Below are positions 29,953 through 42,166 of a DNA stretch of 64,000 bases, piece after piece. The position numbers and the translations under genes are program-made. The first letter of the stretch is position 1, and each line of letters starts with the position of its first letter. The stretch spans positions 128,001 to 192,000 of the forward strand of contig CBDBCY010000004.1 in the NCBI GenBank assembly GCA_965203555.1. Direction: 5' to 3'. The notes under the pieces were generated by a model. That model was not told the DNA's origin. It saw only the letters and a list, made by a program, of their open reading frames with translations, and made no database searches. This DNA is from Acidimicrobiia bacterium. GTDB lineage: Bacteria; Actinomycetota; Acidimicrobiia; Spongiisociales; ZC4RG35.

Positions 29953-31039
29953 ATCCGGCCCCTCTGCTCCGGGGGGCGCCGTCGAAAGGCCTCTGCGGGT
30001 GGTTGTTCCCGCTCACGATGAACAGAACGTGATCGCTGACCTGGTCTCCGATCTGCGAAGCCAGAATTATCCTCCAGCTTCCTATCAGGTGTGGGTGTTG
30101 GCCGACCGTTGCGCAGACGATACGGCCAAGGTGGCTGCCGATGCCGGAGCTTCGGTAACGGAGCGCCACTCGGGACCCGACGGCAAGGGGGAACTTCTGA
30201 AGTGGTACCTGTCGGATAGTCCGTTGGCGGACGATGAGGTGTTGGTGGTGCTGGACGCCGACAACCGGGTGGAGCCGGACTTTCTGTCGTTGCTGTCCGG
30301 CGCCGTCACAGATGGCGATCAAGTGGTGCAGGCCTCAGTGCTTCCCTCCAACCTCGATGCCTCTCCTATCGCCGCGGCCGCCGGGCTGGGTGATTGGATG
30401 GCGAGGGAGATGATTTATAAGAGAGCGGCTGCCCGGGGGTGGCCGGTGGAACTGGGTGGAACGGGGTTCTGCATCAGTGCTGCGGCATTGTCCGCCGCCG
30501 GGGGCTGGAGCGGGTCGTTCACCGAGGATCTCGATCTGACGGTAAGACTCCTCCTGGCGGGGTATGCGGTCAGATACTTGCCCCAAGCCCAGGTGTGGGA
30601 CGAGAAACCGACCGGTTTGAGAGCGGCGGTGGGACAGCGGGGAAGATGGGCGCAAGGTAGGACCGGCGTCCGTAAGAGCCGGGGAGGAAAGTTGTGGAAA
30701 ACCGCCCTGGCCCGACGGTCTCTTCCAATGTGGCTAATGGCTTGGAGGCTGGCTGCGCCCGGACGGTCGTTCCGGCTGCTGGTCACGACGGCGGTGTTGG
30801 CCCTGTCAGTGATATGGGAATGGGGATCTCCGTTCTCGTGGCCGGTGTGGGCGGCAATCGCCCTATGGCAGGGAGGCCGACCGCTACTGGCTCTATGGAG
30901 AGTGAAAGAGATCCGGCCGCATTTGAGGTGGTACCCCCTCACCCTGATCTGGGGGTTTGTGTGGCTGTGGGTGCGGCTGGGTCGCCGGCGGCGAGGATGG
31001 TATCACACTCCTCACCGCGGCAAGGTTGCTCGGAGATAA
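29945..31039 (+). CDS. Glycosyltransferase family 2 (processive type, membrane-bound)
   Basis: VVVPAHDE, DRCADDT, LDADN, TEDLDL, QRGRW motifs and C-terminal TMs. Confidence 0.88.
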   Translation: MFESGPSAPGGAVERPLRVVVPAHDEQNVIADLVSDLRSQNYPPASYQVWVLADRCADDTAKVAADAGASVTERHSGPDGKGELLKWYLSDSPLADDEVLVVLDADNRVEPDFLSLLSGAVTDGDQVVQASVLPSNLDASPIAAAAGLGDWMAREMIYKRAAARGWPVELGGTGFCISAAALSAAGGWSGSFTEDLDLTVRLLLAGYAVRYLPQAQVWDEKPTGLRAAVGQRGRWAQGRTGVRKSRGGKLWKTALARRSLPMWLMAWRLAAPGRSFRLLVTTAVLALSVIWEWGSPFSWPVWAAIALWQGGRPLLALWRVKEIRPHLRWYPLTLIWGFVWLWVRLGRRRRGWYHTPHRGKVARR

Positions 31040-31094
31040 CAAAAAAGGGCCTTTTTCCAGGGAAACTGCGCGATACATTTGCCCCTATATGGTT

Positions 31095-31123
31095 TTGTCC
31101 GCTGGGGATAGGGTGTATATACT
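31095..31123 (+). promoter_or_regulatory. Sigma-A type promoter of the str operon
   Basis: TTGTCC (31095-31100), 17 nt spacer, TATACT (31118-31123) upstream of rpsL. Confidence 0.65.
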
Positions 31124-31279
31124 TGCCCTTCGTGGTCTTAGTGCCTCAAACCGACTCTTAGGACTCTCCGCCTGACCCAGTGCCGGAGTGTCCTCCGGGT
31201 GCGGTCAAAAGCAAGATAAGGGCAAAGCGGTTTTTCCTGCGCGTGCGGGAGAGAAGTGTCGCCTTGGCGAAGGAAAAGT

Positions 31280-31651
31280 ATGCCGACCATCCAGCAGTTG
31301 GTGCGCCGCGGGCGCAAGCCGAAAAAGAAGAAGGTCAAGACCGCCGGTCTGGCCGGAGCGCCCCAGAGGAGGGGGGTGTGCACGCGCGTTTACACCGTCA
31401 CCCCCAAGAAGCCCAATTCGGCGCTGCGCAAGGTCTGCCGGGTGAGATTGTCGTCAGGGATCGAGGTGACCGCCTACATTCCCGGGGAAGGACACAACCT
31501 GCAGGAGCATTCCATAGTGCTGGTCAGAGGAGGTCGGGTTCGTGACCTTCCGGGAGTGAGGTACAAGGTGATCAGGGGAACTCTGGATGCGGCGGGCGTC
31601 TCCGAACGCCGCCAGGCCCGTTCCCGCTATGGAGCGAGGAGAGGGCGATGA
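31280..31651 (+). CDS. rpsL: 30S ribosomal protein S12
   Basis: [28 protein letters not shown]. Confidence 0.99.
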   Translation: MPTIQQLVRRGRKPKKKKVKTAGLAGAPQRRGVCTRVYTVTPKKPNSALRKVCRVRLSSGIEVTAYIPGEGHNLQEHSIVLVRGGRVRDLPGVRYKVIRGTLDAAGVSERRQARSRYGARRGR

Positions 31652-32115
31652 GAAGAGCTGCCGCCACCAAGCGGAAGATCGATCCCGATCCGGTATTCCG
31701 AAATGTGTTGGTGAGCCGGGTGATCAATAAAGTGTTGTGGAAGGGGAAAAAGGACCTTGCTCGCAGGATCGTCTACTCCGCCCTAGAGCGGGTGGAACAA
31801 CGAACCCGACAGGATCCGGTGAGCGTGCTGAGGAGGGCAATCGACAACCTCAAGCCTCAGATGGAAGTGAGGTCCCGACGGGTGGGAGGCTCCTCCTACC
31901 AGGTTCCCATGGACGTCCGTGCGGACCGGGCTCGCTGCCTGGCTATCCGCTGGTTGGTAGGTTACGCTCGCCGGCGCCGGGAACCCACCATGGCATTGCG
32001 GTTGGCCGGAGAGATCCTTGATGCCGCCAACAACACCGGGTCCGCCATCAAGAGGCGCGAAGACATGCACAAGATGGCGGAGTCCAACAAGGCTTTCGCC
32101 CACTACCGCTGGTAA
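31648..32115 (+). CDS. rpsG: 30S ribosomal protein S7
   Basis: [24 protein letters not shown]. Confidence 0.98.
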   Translation: MRRAAATKRKIDPDPVFRNVLVSRVINKVLWKGKKDLARRIVYSALERVEQRTRQDPVSVLRRAIDNLKPQMEVRSRRVGGSSYQVPMDVRADRARCLAIRWLVGYARRRREPTMALRLAGEILDAANNTGSAIKRREDMHKMAESNKAFAHYRW

Positions 32116-32159
32116 GAGGCATTGCTGTGGCTGCTGACCGAGGGCATCGTCTCCTGCGC

Positions 32160-34244
32160 ATGCGTCAGGTGCCCCTGAGTCGCACCCGCAATATCGGAAT
32201 CATGGCCCACATCGATGCAGGAAAGACCACTCTGACCGAGCGGATTCTTTACTACACCGGTCGCAACTACAAAATCGGGGAGGTCCACGAGGGCGCCGCC
32301 ACCATGGATTGGATGGCACAGGAGCAGGAGCGGGGAATCACCATCACCTCTGCCGCCACCACCTGTATCTGGCACGATCACAGCATCAACATCATCGACA
32401 CTCCGGGTCATGTCGATTTCACCGTCGAGGTGGAACGTAGTCTTCGAGTCCTGGATGGGGCGGTGGCGGTATTCGACGGGGTGGCGGGAGTGGAACCACA
32501 GTCGGAGACGGTGTGGCGGCAGGCCGACCGCTACGAAGTTCCCCGCATCTGCTTCATCAACAAACTCGACCGACTGGGGGCGGACTTCTTCGCCGATGTG
32601 GAATCGATCCGCACCCGACTCAACGCAACACCTCTGGTGGTCCAACTGCCCGTGGGTGAGGAGAGTGATTTCCGAGGTGTTCTGGACCTGGTGGAAATGC
32701 AGATTCACGAGTGGCGGGGGGACGACGGCAGGCACTGGGACACCGGCGACATCCCCGAATCGATGCAGGACCTGGCTTATGAATACCGGGCGCGGATGTT
32801 GGAGCAGGTAGCCGAGGTTGACGAGAAACTCCTGATCAAGTTCCTCGAAGATCTGTACATAACCCCCGACGAGATCCGAACCGCTATCCGTACGGGGGTG
32901 CTTCAGCACATGTTCGTGCCGGTGCTTTGTGGTGCGGCCTTCAAGAACAAGGGAGTGCAGCCGCTGCTTGACGCCATTGTCCACTATCTGCCCAGCCCCT
33001 TGGACCTTCCTCCGGTGAAGGGTTTCGCCCCCAAGAATCCGGAACAGGTTCTGGAACGGAAGGCCAATGACGACGAGCCATTTTCGGCTCTCGCCTTCAA
33101 GATCATGAGCGATCCCCACGTCGGCAAGCTCACCTATTTCCGGGTCTATTCGGGCTCGGTCTCCAAGGGCGGCGCGGTGTTCAATACCACCAACGGCAAG
33201 AAGGAGCGCCTGGGACGGCTGCTTCGCATGCATGCCAACCATCGTGAGGATGTCAACATTGTTTACACCGGTGACATCGTGGCGGCGGTGGGATTGCGAC
33301 ACACCACCACCGGCGACACCCTTTCCGGTGTCGGTCACCCCATCAGCCTGGAATCGATGGCCTTTCCCGCGCCGGTTATCTGGGTAGCCATCGAGCCTCG
33401 CACCAGGGTTGACCAGGACAAGTTGTCCGAGTCCCTGCAAAAGCTGTCGGAGGAGGACCCGACCTTTCTGGTGAGAAGTGACGAAGAGACCGGGCAAACC
33501 ATCATCTCGGGAATGGGCGAGCTCCACCTGGAGGTATTGGTGGACCGGCTGATCCGGGAATTCAAGGTCGCGGCCAACATCGGTAAGCCGCAGGTCGCCT
33601 ATCGAGAATCAATCCTGTCGGCCGTAGAGAAAGTGGAAGGCCGTTACGTCCGCCAGAGTGGCGGCCGGGGTCAGTACGGTCATGTCGTCATCGACATCGA
33701 ACCCACCGGTCCCGGAGGAGGTTACGAATTCGTCAACAAGATCAGGGGCGGTCGCGTCCCCCGTGAATACATTCCGGCGGTGGCCGCCGGCATCGGAGAG
33801 GCTCTCGATGGGGGTATCCTGGCGGGCTACCCGGTGGTGGATGTGCGGGTCACCCTGGTTGACGGTTCACATCATGAAGTAGATTCTTCCGAACTGGCCT
33901 TTCGGATAGCCGGTTCCATGGCTGTTCGCGCCGCCACCAACAAGGCGGGGCTGAAACTGCTGGAGCCGGTGATGGAAGTCGAGGTGGTCACTCCCGACGA
34001 GTACATGGGAGACGTGATCGCCGACATTTCCGCTCGCCGGGGCCGTATTGGAGAAACCGATCAGCGGGGATCGGCCCGGCTAATCACCGCCGCCGTACCG
34101 CTGGCCGCAATGTTCGGCTTTGCTACTGATATCCGGTCCAGGACTCAGGGGCGAGCAACGTATTCGATGCAATTCAAGGCTTACCAAGATGTTCCTGACT
34201 CTATTTGTCAGGACATCCTTCATTTGAGAACTGGTAAGTATTAG
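32160..34244 (+). CDS. fusA: Elongation factor G (alternative start GTG 32127)
   Basis: [36 protein letters not shown]. Confidence 0.98.
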   Translation: MRQVPLSRTRNIGIMAHIDAGKTTLTERILYYTGRNYKIGEVHEGAATMDWMAQEQERGITITSAATTCIWHDHSINIIDTPGHVDFTVEVERSLRVLDGAVAVFDGVAGVEPQSETVWRQADRYEVPRICFINKLDRLGADFFADVESIRTRLNATPLVVQLPVGEESDFRGVLDLVEMQIHEWRGDDGRHWDTGDIPESMQDLAYEYRARMLEQVAEVDEKLLIKFLEDLYITPDEIRTAIRTGVLQHMFVPVLCGAAFKNKGVQPLLDAIVHYLPSPLDLPPVKGFAPKNPEQVLERKANDDEPFSALAFKIMSDPHVGKLTYFRVYSGSVSKGGAVFNTTNGKKERLGRLLRMHANHREDVNIVYTGDIVAAVGLRHTTTGDTLSGVGHPISLESMAFPAPVIWVAIEPRTRVDQDKLSESLQKLSEEDPTFLVRSDEETGQTIISGMGELHLEVLVDRLIREFKVAANIGKPQVAYRESILSAVEKVEGRYVRQSGGRGQYGHVVIDIEPTGPGGGYEFVNKIRGGRVPREYIPAVAAGIGEALDGGILAGYPVVDVRVTLVDGSHHEVDSSELAFRIAGSMAVRAATNKAGLKLLEPVMEVEVVTPDEYMGDVIADISARRGRIGETDQRGSARLITAAVPLAAMFGFATDIRSRTQGRATYSMQFKAYQDVPDSICQDILHLRTGKY

Positions 34245-34262
34245 AAATGGGGGTGTTTGGTT

Positions 34263-35453
34263 GTGGGTAAGGTGAGGTTTGAGCGGGTGAAGCCGCATTT
34301 GAATGTGGGTACTATGGGTCATATTGATCATGGGAAGACTACGTTGACTGCTGCGATTACTAGGGTGTTGTCTGAGCGGGTTGGTGGGGTGAATGTGGTG
34401 ACTGGGTTTGATGATATTGATCGTGCTCCTGAGGAGCGTGAGCGGGGTATTACGATTCAGATTGCGCATGTTGAGTATGAGACTGTTTTGCGTCATTATG
34501 CGCATGTGGATATGCCGGGGCATGCGGATTATATTAAGAATATGATTACGGGGGCGGCTCAGGTGGATGGGGCGGTGTTGGTGGTGTCGGCGGTTGATGG
34601 TCCGATGCCGCAGACTCGTGAGCATGTGTTGTTGGCGCGGCAGGTGGGTGTGCCGCGGATTGTGGTGTTTTTGAATAAGTGTGATTTGGTGGATGATGGT
34701 GAGTTGTTGGATTTGGTGGAGTTGGAGGTTCGGGATTTGTTGACGGAGTATGAGTTTCCGGGTGATGATGTTCCGGTGGTGAGGGGTTCGGCGTTGTTGG
34801 CGTTGGAGGGTGATGTGGTGGCTGGTGATGGGGTTATGGAGTTGATGGATGCGGTTGATGGGTATGTTGATGTGCCGGTTCGGGATGTGGATCGTCCGTT
34901 TTTGATGCCGATTGAGGATGTGTTTTCGATTACTGGTCGGGGTACGGTGGTGACTGGTCGGGTTGAGCAGGGTGTGTTGCGGGTTGGTGAGGCGGTTGAG
35001 GTGGTTGGTTTGCGTGATACGCGTGGGTCGGTGGCTACTGGTGTGGAGATGTTTAGGAAGTTGTTGGATGAGGGTCGGGCTGGTGATAATGTGGGGGTGT
35101 TGTTGCGGGGGGTGGGGAAGTCGGAGGTGGAGCGTGGTCAGGTGTTGGCTGCTCCTGGGTCGATTTTGCCGCATGTGGGTTTTGAGGCGCAGGTGTATGT
35201 GTTGACGAAGGAGGAGGGGGGGAGGCATAATCCGTTTTTTTCGGGTTATCGTCCGCAGTTTTATTTTCGGACTACGGATGTGACGGGTTCGGTGTTGTTG
35301 CCTGTTGGGGTGCAGATGGTGATGCCGGGTGATAATGTGGAGTTGTCGGTGGAGTTGATTGCTCCGATTGCGATGTCGGTGGGGTTGGATTTCGCGATTC
35401 GTGAGGGTGGTCGGACTGTGGGGGCGGGTCGGGTCACCAAGATCACCAAATAA
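34263..35453 (+). CDS. tuf: Elongation factor Tu with extreme G/T codon skew
   Basis: [47 protein letters not shown]; GTG 34263 preferred as start. Confidence 0.98.
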   Translation: MGKVRFERVKPHLNVGTMGHIDHGKTTLTAAITRVLSERVGGVNVVTGFDDIDRAPEERERGITIQIAHVEYETVLRHYAHVDMPGHADYIKNMITGAAQVDGAVLVVSAVDGPMPQTREHVLLARQVGVPRIVVFLNKCDLVDDGELLDLVELEVRDLLTEYEFPGDDVPVVRGSALLALEGDVVAGDGVMELMDAVDGYVDVPVRDVDRPFLMPIEDVFSITGRGTVVTGRVEQGVLRVGEAVEVVGLRDTRGSVATGVEMFRKLLDEGRAGDNVGVLLRGVGKSEVERGQVLAAPGSILPHVGFEAQVYVLTKEEGGRHNPFFSGYRPQFYFRTTDVTGSVLLPVGVQMVMPGDNVELSVELIAPIAMSVGLDFAIREGGRTVGAGRVTKITK

Positions 35454-35543
35454 CCCCAAACCCAAGAAGGCAAAGGATTGTGGACAACAACCGGCAAGGG
35501 CAAGTAGAGAATAAGCCGAGCAAGCGAGGACAGTAGAAGAGAC

Positions 35544-35855
35544 ATGAACGGTTCCCATAAGATCCGCATAAAGCTCAAGGCTTATGACCATCAGAGTGTG
35601 GATGAGTCAGCGCGCAAGATCGCTGCTACGGTTACTCGTACCCAGGCCAAAATAAGAGGTCCTGTTCCGTTGCCTACCGAGATCCACAGATACTGCGTTA
35701 TACGCGGACCCCATGTCGATAAAGACTCCCGGGAACACTTCGAGATGCGCATTCATAAGCGGTTGATCGATATCTTGGATCCAACCGCTAAAACGGTTGA
35801 TTCATTGATGCGCCTTGATCTTCCTTCCGGAGTGGAAGTAGAGATAAAGCTGTGA
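35544..35855 (+). CDS. rpsJ: 30S ribosomal protein S10
   Basis: [26 protein letters not shown]. Confidence 0.98.
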   Translation: MNGSHKIRIKLKAYDHQSVDESARKIAATVTRTQAKIRGPVPLPTEIHRYCVIRGPHVDKDSREHFEMRIHKRLIDILDPTAKTVDSLMRLDLPSGVEVEIKL

Positions 35856-36490
35856 ACACGATTCTGGGCACAAAACTGGGTATGAGCCAGATTTTCAATG
35901 ATGCGGCTCAGGCGCTCCCGGTTACGGTTATCAAGGCCGGACCGTGCAAGGTTGTACAGGTCAAGACATCCGAGAAGGACGGGTATGAGGCCGTGCAACT
36001 CACCTTGGAGATCGCGAAGCCGGCCAAGGTGAATAAAGCGGTAGCCGGCCATTTCGCCAAGGCGGGGGTGACTCCGTCCCCCCATCTGGTGGAGGCGCTC
36101 GTGGATAATTCCGCTCGATTCGAACCGGGTTCGACCATCAAGGTGGATGAAGTCTTCGAGCCTGGTATTCGAGCCGATGTGACGGGGATATCCAAGGGCA
36201 AGGGCTTTGCCGGAGTGATGAAGCGTCACAACTTCGCCGGACAGTGCGCCAGTCACGGCAATCACAAGAAGCACCGCGCCGGCGGGGCGATCGGCGCCTG
36301 CGCCACGCCGTCGAGGGTGTTCAAAGGCAAGGCTATGCCGGGTCGGATGGGGGCTCAACGTACCACCGTCCTCAATCTGGAGGTGGTGAGGGTGCTGGCC
36401 GAAGAAGGCCTGCTTTTGCTTCGTGGCGCAGTTCCCGGCCCCAAGGGAGGATTGGTGATGATCAGGAAGGCAGTCAAGTCCGATGGCTGA
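35852..36490 (+). CDS. rplC: 50S ribosomal protein L3
   Basis: [24 protein letters not shown]. Confidence 0.97.
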   Translation: MNTILGTKLGMSQIFNDAAQALPVTVIKAGPCKVVQVKTSEKDGYEAVQLTLEIAKPAKVNKAVAGHFAKAGVTPSPHLVEALVDNSARFEPGSTIKVDEVFEPGIRADVTGISKGKGFAGVMKRHNFAGQCASHGNHKKHRAGGAIGACATPSRVFKGKAMPGRMGAQRTTVLNLEVVRVLAEEGLLLLRGAVPGPKGGLVMIRKAVKSDG

Positions 36491-37142
36491 GCTGACCGCC
36501 CCGCGGTATGACGGCGACGGGTCCCTCCAGGGGGAGACCGCCCTGGATCCGGCCGTGTTCGGGGTGACTCCCAATCTTGCGGTGCTTCACCAGGTGGTTA
36601 CCGCCCAGTTGGCCGGGAAGCGTTCCGGAACAGCTTCCACCAAGACAAGGGCCGAGGTAAGGGGAGGAGGTCGCAAGCCCTGGCGCCAGAAGGGGATCGG
36701 AAGGGCAAGGCACGGTTCGATCCGCTCGCCCATGTGGCGAGGCGGAGGTGTCGCCCATGGTCCCAAGCCCCGCAGCTACCACCAGCGGACTCCTGCCAAG
36801 ATGCGCCGTCTGGCGCTGCGCAGCGCCCTCTCCGCCCGGGCCTCGGAAGGCGCCGTCTACACCACCGCGCCTCTTGGTTGGGAGGTCCCCCGCACCAAGT
36901 CGGCGGTGGCGCTGCTTCAGGCTATGGGATTGGAGGGAAAGGCTTTGATCGTTGTGGAGCGGATGGGTGGAGTTGAACACCGGTCCTTCCGGAACATCCC
37001 GTCGATGCGGATCGTCGAGGCCAGGTACATAACCCCGTACGATGTCCTCTGGGCTCGGGATATGGTGTTCTTCGCCGGCTCGCTGGAGATCGTGGAGGGC
37101 GCCGGTCGGGAGAAGGAGTCGGTGGAGGCCAGGGCGTCATGA
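36483..37142 (+). CDS. rplD: 50S ribosomal protein L4
   Basis: [19 protein letters not shown]. Confidence 0.97.
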   Translation: MAELTAPRYDGDGSLQGETALDPAVFGVTPNLAVLHQVVTAQLAGKRSGTASTKTRAEVRGGGRKPWRQKGIGRARHGSIRSPMWRGGGVAHGPKPRSYHQRTPAKMRRLALRSALSARASEGAVYTTAPLGWEVPRTKSAVALLQAMGLEGKALIVVERMGGVEHRSFRNIPSMRIVEARYITPYDVLWARDMVFFAGSLEIVEGAGREKESVEARAS

Positions 37143-37426
37143 AGTATCCGCACGACGTGATCCTGGGACCGGTGGTCTCCGAGAAGTCTTTCGACCTGAT
37201 TGAGGACTTCAACACCTATTCCTTTCTGGTCGATCCCCGAGCCAACAAGACCGAGATTCGCCAGTCGGTGGAAGCCGTTTTCGATGTTCGGGTGGTCTCG
37301 GTCAATACGTACAACCGACGGGGCAAGATGAAGCGCACCCGTCGGACCCTGGGCAAACGCAAGGACACCAAGCGAGCCTTGGTGACCCTGGCCGAGGGTG
37401 AGTCCATCGATCTGTTCGGGTTGTAG
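37139..37426 (+). CDS. rplW: 50S ribosomal protein L23
   Basis: PVVSEKS, ANKTEI, operon position. Confidence 0.96.
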   Translation: MKYPHDVILGPVVSEKSFDLIEDFNTYSFLVDPRANKTEIRQSVEAVFDVRVVSVNTYNRRGKMKRTRRTLGKRKDTKRALVTLAEGESIDLFGL

Positions 37427-37428
37427 AT

Positions 37429-38262
37429 ATGGCAGTTCAAAAACGCAAGCCCACCTCTCCGGGAAGACGGTTTCAGACCGTTTCCGACTTCTCGGACATC
37501 ACCAGAAGCCGCCCGGAAAAGTCGCTACTGGCGCCCCGGACCTCCAAGGCTGGCAGGAACAGTTACGGTCGCATCACTTCCCGTCACCGGGGTGGCGGGC
37601 ACAAGCGGCGGTACCGGGTAATAGACTTCCGGAGGAACAAGGACGGCGTGCCCGCCAAGGTGGCGGCCATCGAGTACGATCCCAACCGCAACGCCCGCAT
37701 CGCCCTGCTCCACTACGTGGACGGCGAGAAGCGATATATCCTGGCGCCGGTCGGGGTGGGAGTCGGAGACCGGATCAGTTCGGGACCCGAGGCGGAGATT
37801 CGGCCCGGAAACGCTCTCCCCATGCGCAACATCCCGGCGGGCAGCACCGTGCATGCGGTGGAGATGAGACCGGGAGGCGGCGCCAAGATCGCCCGGTCGG
37901 CGGGAGCTTCGGTGCAGTTGATGTCGAAAGATGCAGGGATGGCCCTTCTGCGGTTGCCCTCCGGTGAGATGCGCATGGTGCCGCTCGACTGCCGGGCCAC
38001 CATCGGCCAGGTGGGCAACACCGAAGCCGAGTTGATCAAGCTGGGCAAGGCGGGACGCAACCGATGGAAGGGAGTACGTCCCCAAACCAGGGGAGTGGCC
38101 ATGAACCCCGTCGATCATCCTCTGGGAGGCGGAGAGGGCAAGTCCTCGGGAGGCCGCACCCCGGTCAGCCCGTGGGGGAAGCCGGAGGGACGGACCCGTC
38201 GCAAGAACAAGCAGAGCAACAAGTACATCGTTCGGCGTCGCTACGCCAAAGGCCGGAGGTAG
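37429..38262 (+). CDS. rplB: 50S ribosomal protein L2
   Basis: [25 protein letters not shown]. Confidence 0.98.
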   Translation: MAVQKRKPTSPGRRFQTVSDFSDITRSRPEKSLLAPRTSKAGRNSYGRITSRHRGGGHKRRYRVIDFRRNKDGVPAKVAAIEYDPNRNARIALLHYVDGEKRYILAPVGVGVGDRISSGPEAEIRPGNALPMRNIPAGSTVHAVEMRPGGGAKIARSAGASVQLMSKDAGMALLRLPSGEMRMVPLDCRATIGQVGNTEAELIKLGKAGRNRWKGVRPQTRGVAMNPVDHPLGGGEGKSSGGRTPVSPWGKPEGRTRRKNKQSNKYIVRRRYAKGRR

Positions 38263-38264
38263 CC

Positions 38265-38552
38265 GTGGGTAGAAGTTTGAAGAAAGGTCCGTTCGTCGAC
38301 GACCATCTGCTGGAAAAGATCGAAGAATTGAACGCCGCTCGCCAAAAGCGCGTGATACGGACCTGGAGCCGGCGCTCCACCGTGATACCCGCCATGATCG
38401 GGCACACCATTGCCGTACATGACGGACGGCGCCACGTGCCCATCTATCTCACCGAGTCGATGGTGGGGCACAAATTGGGCGAGTTCGCTCCCACCCGCAC
38501 GTTCCGCAAGCACCCGGGCGGCAAGAGGGACAAGGCGGTGAGAAAGCGATGA
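38265..38552 (+). CDS. rpsS: 30S ribosomal protein S19
   Basis: [27 protein letters not shown]. Confidence 0.97.
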   Translation: MGRSLKKGPFVDDHLLEKIEELNAARQKRVIRTWSRRSTVIPAMIGHTIAVHDGRRHVPIYLTESMVGHKLGEFAPTRTFRKHPGGKRDKAVRKR

Positions 38553-38902
38553 GAACCCAGGCTCGGGCCCGGTATCTGCGCCACTCCCCCTACAAGATGA
38601 GGCGGGTGGCCGATTTGGTCAAGGGTAAGTCGGTGGAGGACGCCCAGGCGCTTTTGGCTCATCTCAACCGGGGGGCCGCCCCCGCAGTCCGCAAGGTGCT
38701 GGATTCGGCGGTGGCCAATGCCGAGAACAACCTTGAGTTGGACTACGACCAACTCAAGGTCGAGGCGGTCTATGTGGATGAGGGACCCACCTTGCGATCC
38801 TTCCGCGCCCGGGCCAGAGGGCGGGTCACCCGGATCCGCAAACGCACCAGTCATTTGACCATCGTGGTCGCTGACTCCCACAACGACGAGGAGACTTACT
38901 GA
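38549..38902 (+). CDS. rplV: 50S ribosomal protein L22
   Basis: [21 protein letters not shown]. Confidence 0.97.
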   Translation: MRTQARARYLRHSPYKMRRVADLVKGKSVEDAQALLAHLNRGAAPAVRKVLDSAVANAENNLELDYDQLKVEAVYVDEGPTLRSFRARARGRVTRIRKRTSHLTIVVADSHNDEETY

Positions 38903-39834
38903 TGGGACAGAAAACGCACCCCTATTCCTTCCGGCTGGGCGTGGTTACCGACTGGAAATCCAAGTGGTACTCCGACAAGGACTACGTGAACCTGGTGAAC
39001 GAGGATTGGCAAATTAGGGACTACCTGCGTGGATGCCTGGTGCGGGGAGCGGTTTCCCGCATCGAGGTCGAGAGGACCCGGGATCGGGTGGTGGTGGAGA
39101 TCCACACCGCGCGGCCGGGGGTGGTGATAGGTCGCAGGGGCGCCGAAGCCGAGCGGCTGCGCAAAGGTTTGGAGAAGCTGACCTCCAAGTCGATAAAGCT
39201 CAACATCATCGAGGTCAAGGACCCGGAATTGGACGCCCAACTGCTGGCGCAGGGAATCGCCGACCAACTGGAAAACCGGGTTTCGTTTCGCCGAGCCATG
39301 AAGCGGGCGCTGGGAACGGCTCGCAAGGCCGGCGCGCAAGGGGTGCGGGTGGAGTGCAAGGGCAGATTGGGCGGCGCTGACATGGGCCGCCGGGAGTGGT
39401 ACCTGGAAGGCCGGGTGCCGCTGCACACCATCCGGGCCGACATCGATTACGGAGTGGCCACCGCTCACACCATGGTGGGCTCCATCGGGGTGAAGGTCTG
39501 GGTATACAAGGGAGATGTCTTCAAGACTCGGTCCTCGGGTGAGAAGATGGCCGCTGAAGTCGCCCTGGCTGCGGGAGGCCCCACCCGTCGGCGTCGGCGC
39601 ACACCCGCCAAGGCGCGGGCCGAGGCGGCGGCCGGAGGGAGGAAGCGGCCCAGGTTGATCGAAGCCGGCGGTGGCAAGCGACCTGTGCAGGCCACCACCC
39701 CCAAGCGGGACGGCCGCAAGCGCCTGATCGAAGCCGGAGGCGGAAGGAAGCGATCCGAGCAGGCATCCCAGCAGGACTGGGAGAGAGACGACGCGACGCA
39801 GGCGGATTCATCGTCGGATACCGGGACTTCGTAG
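38902..39834 (+). CDS. rpsC: 30S ribosomal protein S3 with long C-terminal extension
   Basis: [29 protein letters not shown]. Confidence 0.97.
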   Translation: MGQKTHPYSFRLGVVTDWKSKWYSDKDYVNLVNEDWQIRDYLRGCLVRGAVSRIEVERTRDRVVVEIHTARPGVVIGRRGAEAERLRKGLEKLTSKSIKLNIIEVKDPELDAQLLAQGIADQLENRVSFRRAMKRALGTARKAGAQGVRVECKGRLGGADMGRREWYLEGRVPLHTIRADIDYGVATAHTMVGSIGVKVWVYKGDVFKTRSSGEKMAAEVALAAGGPTRRRRRTPAKARAEAAAGGRKRPRLIEAGGGKRPVQATTPKRDGRKRLIEAGGGRKRSEQASQQDWERDDATQADSSSDTGTS

Positions 39835-39847
39835 GAGCGTTGTTGAG

Positions 39848-40261
39848 ATGTTGATGCCCAAGAGAACTCGTCACCGCAAGGTGCACCGCGGTCGCAGGAA
39901 GGGAATCGCCAAGGGCGGCACCAAGGTCCATTTCGGCGAGTACGGGCTACAGGCCCTGTCGGCGGGATGGATAACTGCTCGCCAGATCGAATCGGCCCGG
40001 GTCGCCATCACCCGTTCGGTGCGGCGAGGAGGAAGGGTATGGATAACCATCTTCCCCGATAAGCCGGTCACCGCCAAACCGGCCGAGACCCGAATGGGGT
40101 CCGGTAAGGGCAACCCCGAGTTTTGGGTGGCGGTTGTAAAGCCGGGCCGTGTCATGTTCGAATTGGCCGGCGTCTCCGAGCCGCAGGCTCGCGAGGCAAT
40201 GCGCAAGGCGGGACACAAGTTGCCGATCAAGACCAGGTTTGTCAAGAGGGAGGACTCATGA
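39848..40261 (+). CDS. rplP: 50S ribosomal protein L16
   Basis: MLMPKR, RMGSGKG. Confidence 0.98.
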   Translation: MLMPKRTRHRKVHRGRRKGIAKGGTKVHFGEYGLQALSAGWITARQIESARVAITRSVRRGGRVWITIFPDKPVTAKPAETRMGSGKGNPEFWVAVVKPGRVMFELAGVSEPQAREAMRKAGHKLPIKTRFVKREDS

Positions 40262-40485
40262 AACCGGCCGAGCTGCGGGAACTCAACTACCGGGAACTGC
40301 GGGAGAAGCTTGCCGAGTCCAAGGAGGAGTTGTTCAATCTGCGCTTCCAACTGGCCACCAACCAACTGGACAACACCGCCCGCCTCAAGGCGGTCAAAAA
40401 AACCGTGGCCAGGATCCTCACCATCCTTCGTGACCGGGAGATCCGGCTTTGGTACGCCCAGCAGGAGGACTCGACCAATGAGTGA
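40258..40485 (+). CDS. rpmC: 50S ribosomal protein L29
   Basis: [16 protein letters not shown]. Confidence 0.95.
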   Translation: MKPAELRELNYRELREKLAESKEELFNLRFQLATNQLDNTARLKAVKKTVARILTILRDREIRLWYAQQEDSTNE

Positions 40486-40735
40486 GCGCCGCAAACGCAA
40501 GACCAGGGTCGGAGTGGTGGTGTCAGATCGTCGCGACCGCACCATTTCCGTGCAGGTCGCCACCTCCTACAAGCACCCTCGATATCACAAGGTGGTCCGC
40601 AAGAGCACTCTGTACCACGCCCACGATCAGGAGAACGACGCCCGGATGGGAGACACCGTCCGTATCGTGGAAACTCGGCCGATCTCCAAGCAGAAGCGCT
40701 GGCGCATGACCGACATCCTGGAGAGGGCCAAGTGA
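40478..40735 (+). CDS. rpsQ: 30S ribosomal protein S17
   Basis: [17 protein letters not shown]. Confidence 0.96.
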   Translation: MSERRKRKTRVGVVVSDRRDRTISVQVATSYKHPRYHKVVRKSTLYHAHDQENDARMGDTVRIVETRPISKQKRWRMTDILERAK

Positions 40736-41100
40736 TCCAGAAGGAGAGCAGGTTGCGGGTGGCTGATAACACCGGAGCCCGGTCGGTGCTGTGCATCGGT
40801 TTGCTGGGCGGCACCCGTCGCCGCTATGCCCGGGTGGGCGACGAGATCGTGGTCACCGTCAAAGAGGCGGTACCCGGAGGTGTGATCAAGAAGGGAGAAG
40901 TGGTGCGAGCCGTGGTGGTGCGCACCCGTAAGGAGCGCCGCCGGCCCGACGGGACCTACATCCGTTTCGACGACAATGCCTGTGTGATTATCGATCCGGG
41001 GCGTCAACCCCGCGGCACCCGTATCTTCGGTCCTGTGGCGCGGGAACTTCGCGATCGCAGATTCATGCGGATCGTTTCCCTGGCGCCGGAGGTGCTATGA
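40732..41100 (+). CDS. rplN: 50S ribosomal protein L14
   Basis: [24 protein letters not shown]. Confidence 0.98.
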   Translation: MIQKESRLRVADNTGARSVLCIGLLGGTRRRYARVGDEIVVTVKEAVPGGVIKKGEVVRAVVVRTRKERRRPDGTYIRFDDNACVIIDPGRQPRGTRIFGPVARELRDRRFMRIVSLAPEVL

Positions 41101-41399
41101 GACTTCGTGTTGGAGACCGGGTGAAGGTGATCACCGGTAAGGACGTGGGACAGGTGTCCAGAATCTCGCGGGTGATTCCCAGGAGCAATAAGGTGATCGT
41201 GGAGGGAGTCAACACCGCCAGGCGGCACCAGCGTCCGCAGAGCGGGACCATGCAGGGTGGAATAATCGACAAGGACATGCCTGTCGACGCTTCCAACGTG
41301 ATGATTGTTTGCGAGGAGTGTGGACCCACCAGGATCGGGAAAAGGTTTGACGACCGGGGCAAGCGCCGTGTGTGCCGCAGGTGTGGAGGCGACCTATGA
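41097..41399 (+). CDS. rplX: 50S ribosomal protein L24
   Basis: [19 protein letters not shown]. Confidence 0.95.
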   Translation: MRLRVGDRVKVITGKDVGQVSRISRVIPRSNKVIVEGVNTARRHQRPQSGTMQGGIIDKDMPVDASNVMIVCEECGPTRIGKRFDDRGKRRVCRRCGGDL

Positions 41400-41968
41400 C
41401 CGAAAACGGCTCGACGCCTCGGCTCAAGGAGCGTTTCCGCGACGAGATCGCCGCCGCTTTGCAGAAGGAGCTGGGCCTCGGCAATCCGATGCAGGTTCCC
41501 CGGCTGGAGAAGATCGTGGTGAACATGGGCATAGGTGGAGCGGTCCGCGACCGCAAACAGGTCACTTCCGCCATGGAGGAACTGGCTCTGATTACCGGCC
41601 AGAAGCCCCGGCTGAACCGGGCTCGCAAGTCAGTGGCCGGTTTCCGGATCAGAAAGGGAATGCCGGTGGGCGTTTCGGTGACACTGCGGGGAGACAGGAT
41701 GTGGGAGTTCTTCGACCGGGTGATGTCGATCGCCATTCCCAGGGTGCGAGACTTCCGGGGAATGAAACCCACTTCTTTCGACGGCAGGGGCAACTACTCT
41801 TTCGGTTTCGATGAACAGTTGGTCTTTCCAGAAATACACTACGACCAGGTGACGGATACCAGGGGGATGGACATCACCATCTGCACCACCGCCACGGGTG
41901 ATGACCATGCCCGCGCCTTCATGTCGGCCTTCGGGTTTCCTTTCCGGGTTACCGAATCTTTGTACTAA
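41396..41968 (+). CDS. rplE: 50S ribosomal protein L5
   Basis: [25 protein letters not shown]. Confidence 0.97.
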   Translation: MTENGSTPRLKERFRDEIAAALQKELGLGNPMQVPRLEKIVVNMGIGGAVRDRKQVTSAMEELALITGQKPRLNRARKSVAGFRIRKGMPVGVSVTLRGDRMWEFFDRVMSIAIPRVRDFRGMKPTSFDGRGNYSFGFDEQLVFPEIHYDQVTDTRGMDITICTTATGDDHARAFMSAFGFPFRVTESLY

Positions 41969-41977
41969 GGAGTACTT

Positions 41978-42163
41978 GTGGCGCGCAAAGCACTAATAGC
42001 AAAAGCAAAACGCCCCCCGAAATTCAAGGTGCGGGCTTACAATCGCTGTCGCCGCTGTGGGCGTTCCCGCGCCTTTTTGCGGGACTTCGGAATGTGCCGT
42101 ATCTGTGTGCGGGAACTGGCTTCCCGCGGGGAGTTGCCCGGAGTTAGAAAGGCGTCGTGGTAG
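41978..42163 (+). CDS. rpsN: 30S ribosomal protein S14 type Z (zinc-binding)
   Basis: 61 aa, RCRRCGR...[12 protein letters not shown]. Confidence 0.96.
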   Translation: MARKALIAKAKRPPKFKVRAYNRCRRCGRSRAFLRDFGMCRICVRELASRGELPGVRKASW

Positions 42164-42166
42164 CAA

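Noticed and set aside
34080-35591. 503-aa His/Gln/Thr-rich minus-strand ORF opposite tuf
   Set aside because: By-product of the G/T codon skew of tuf, which removes antisense stop codons; no recognisable motifs.
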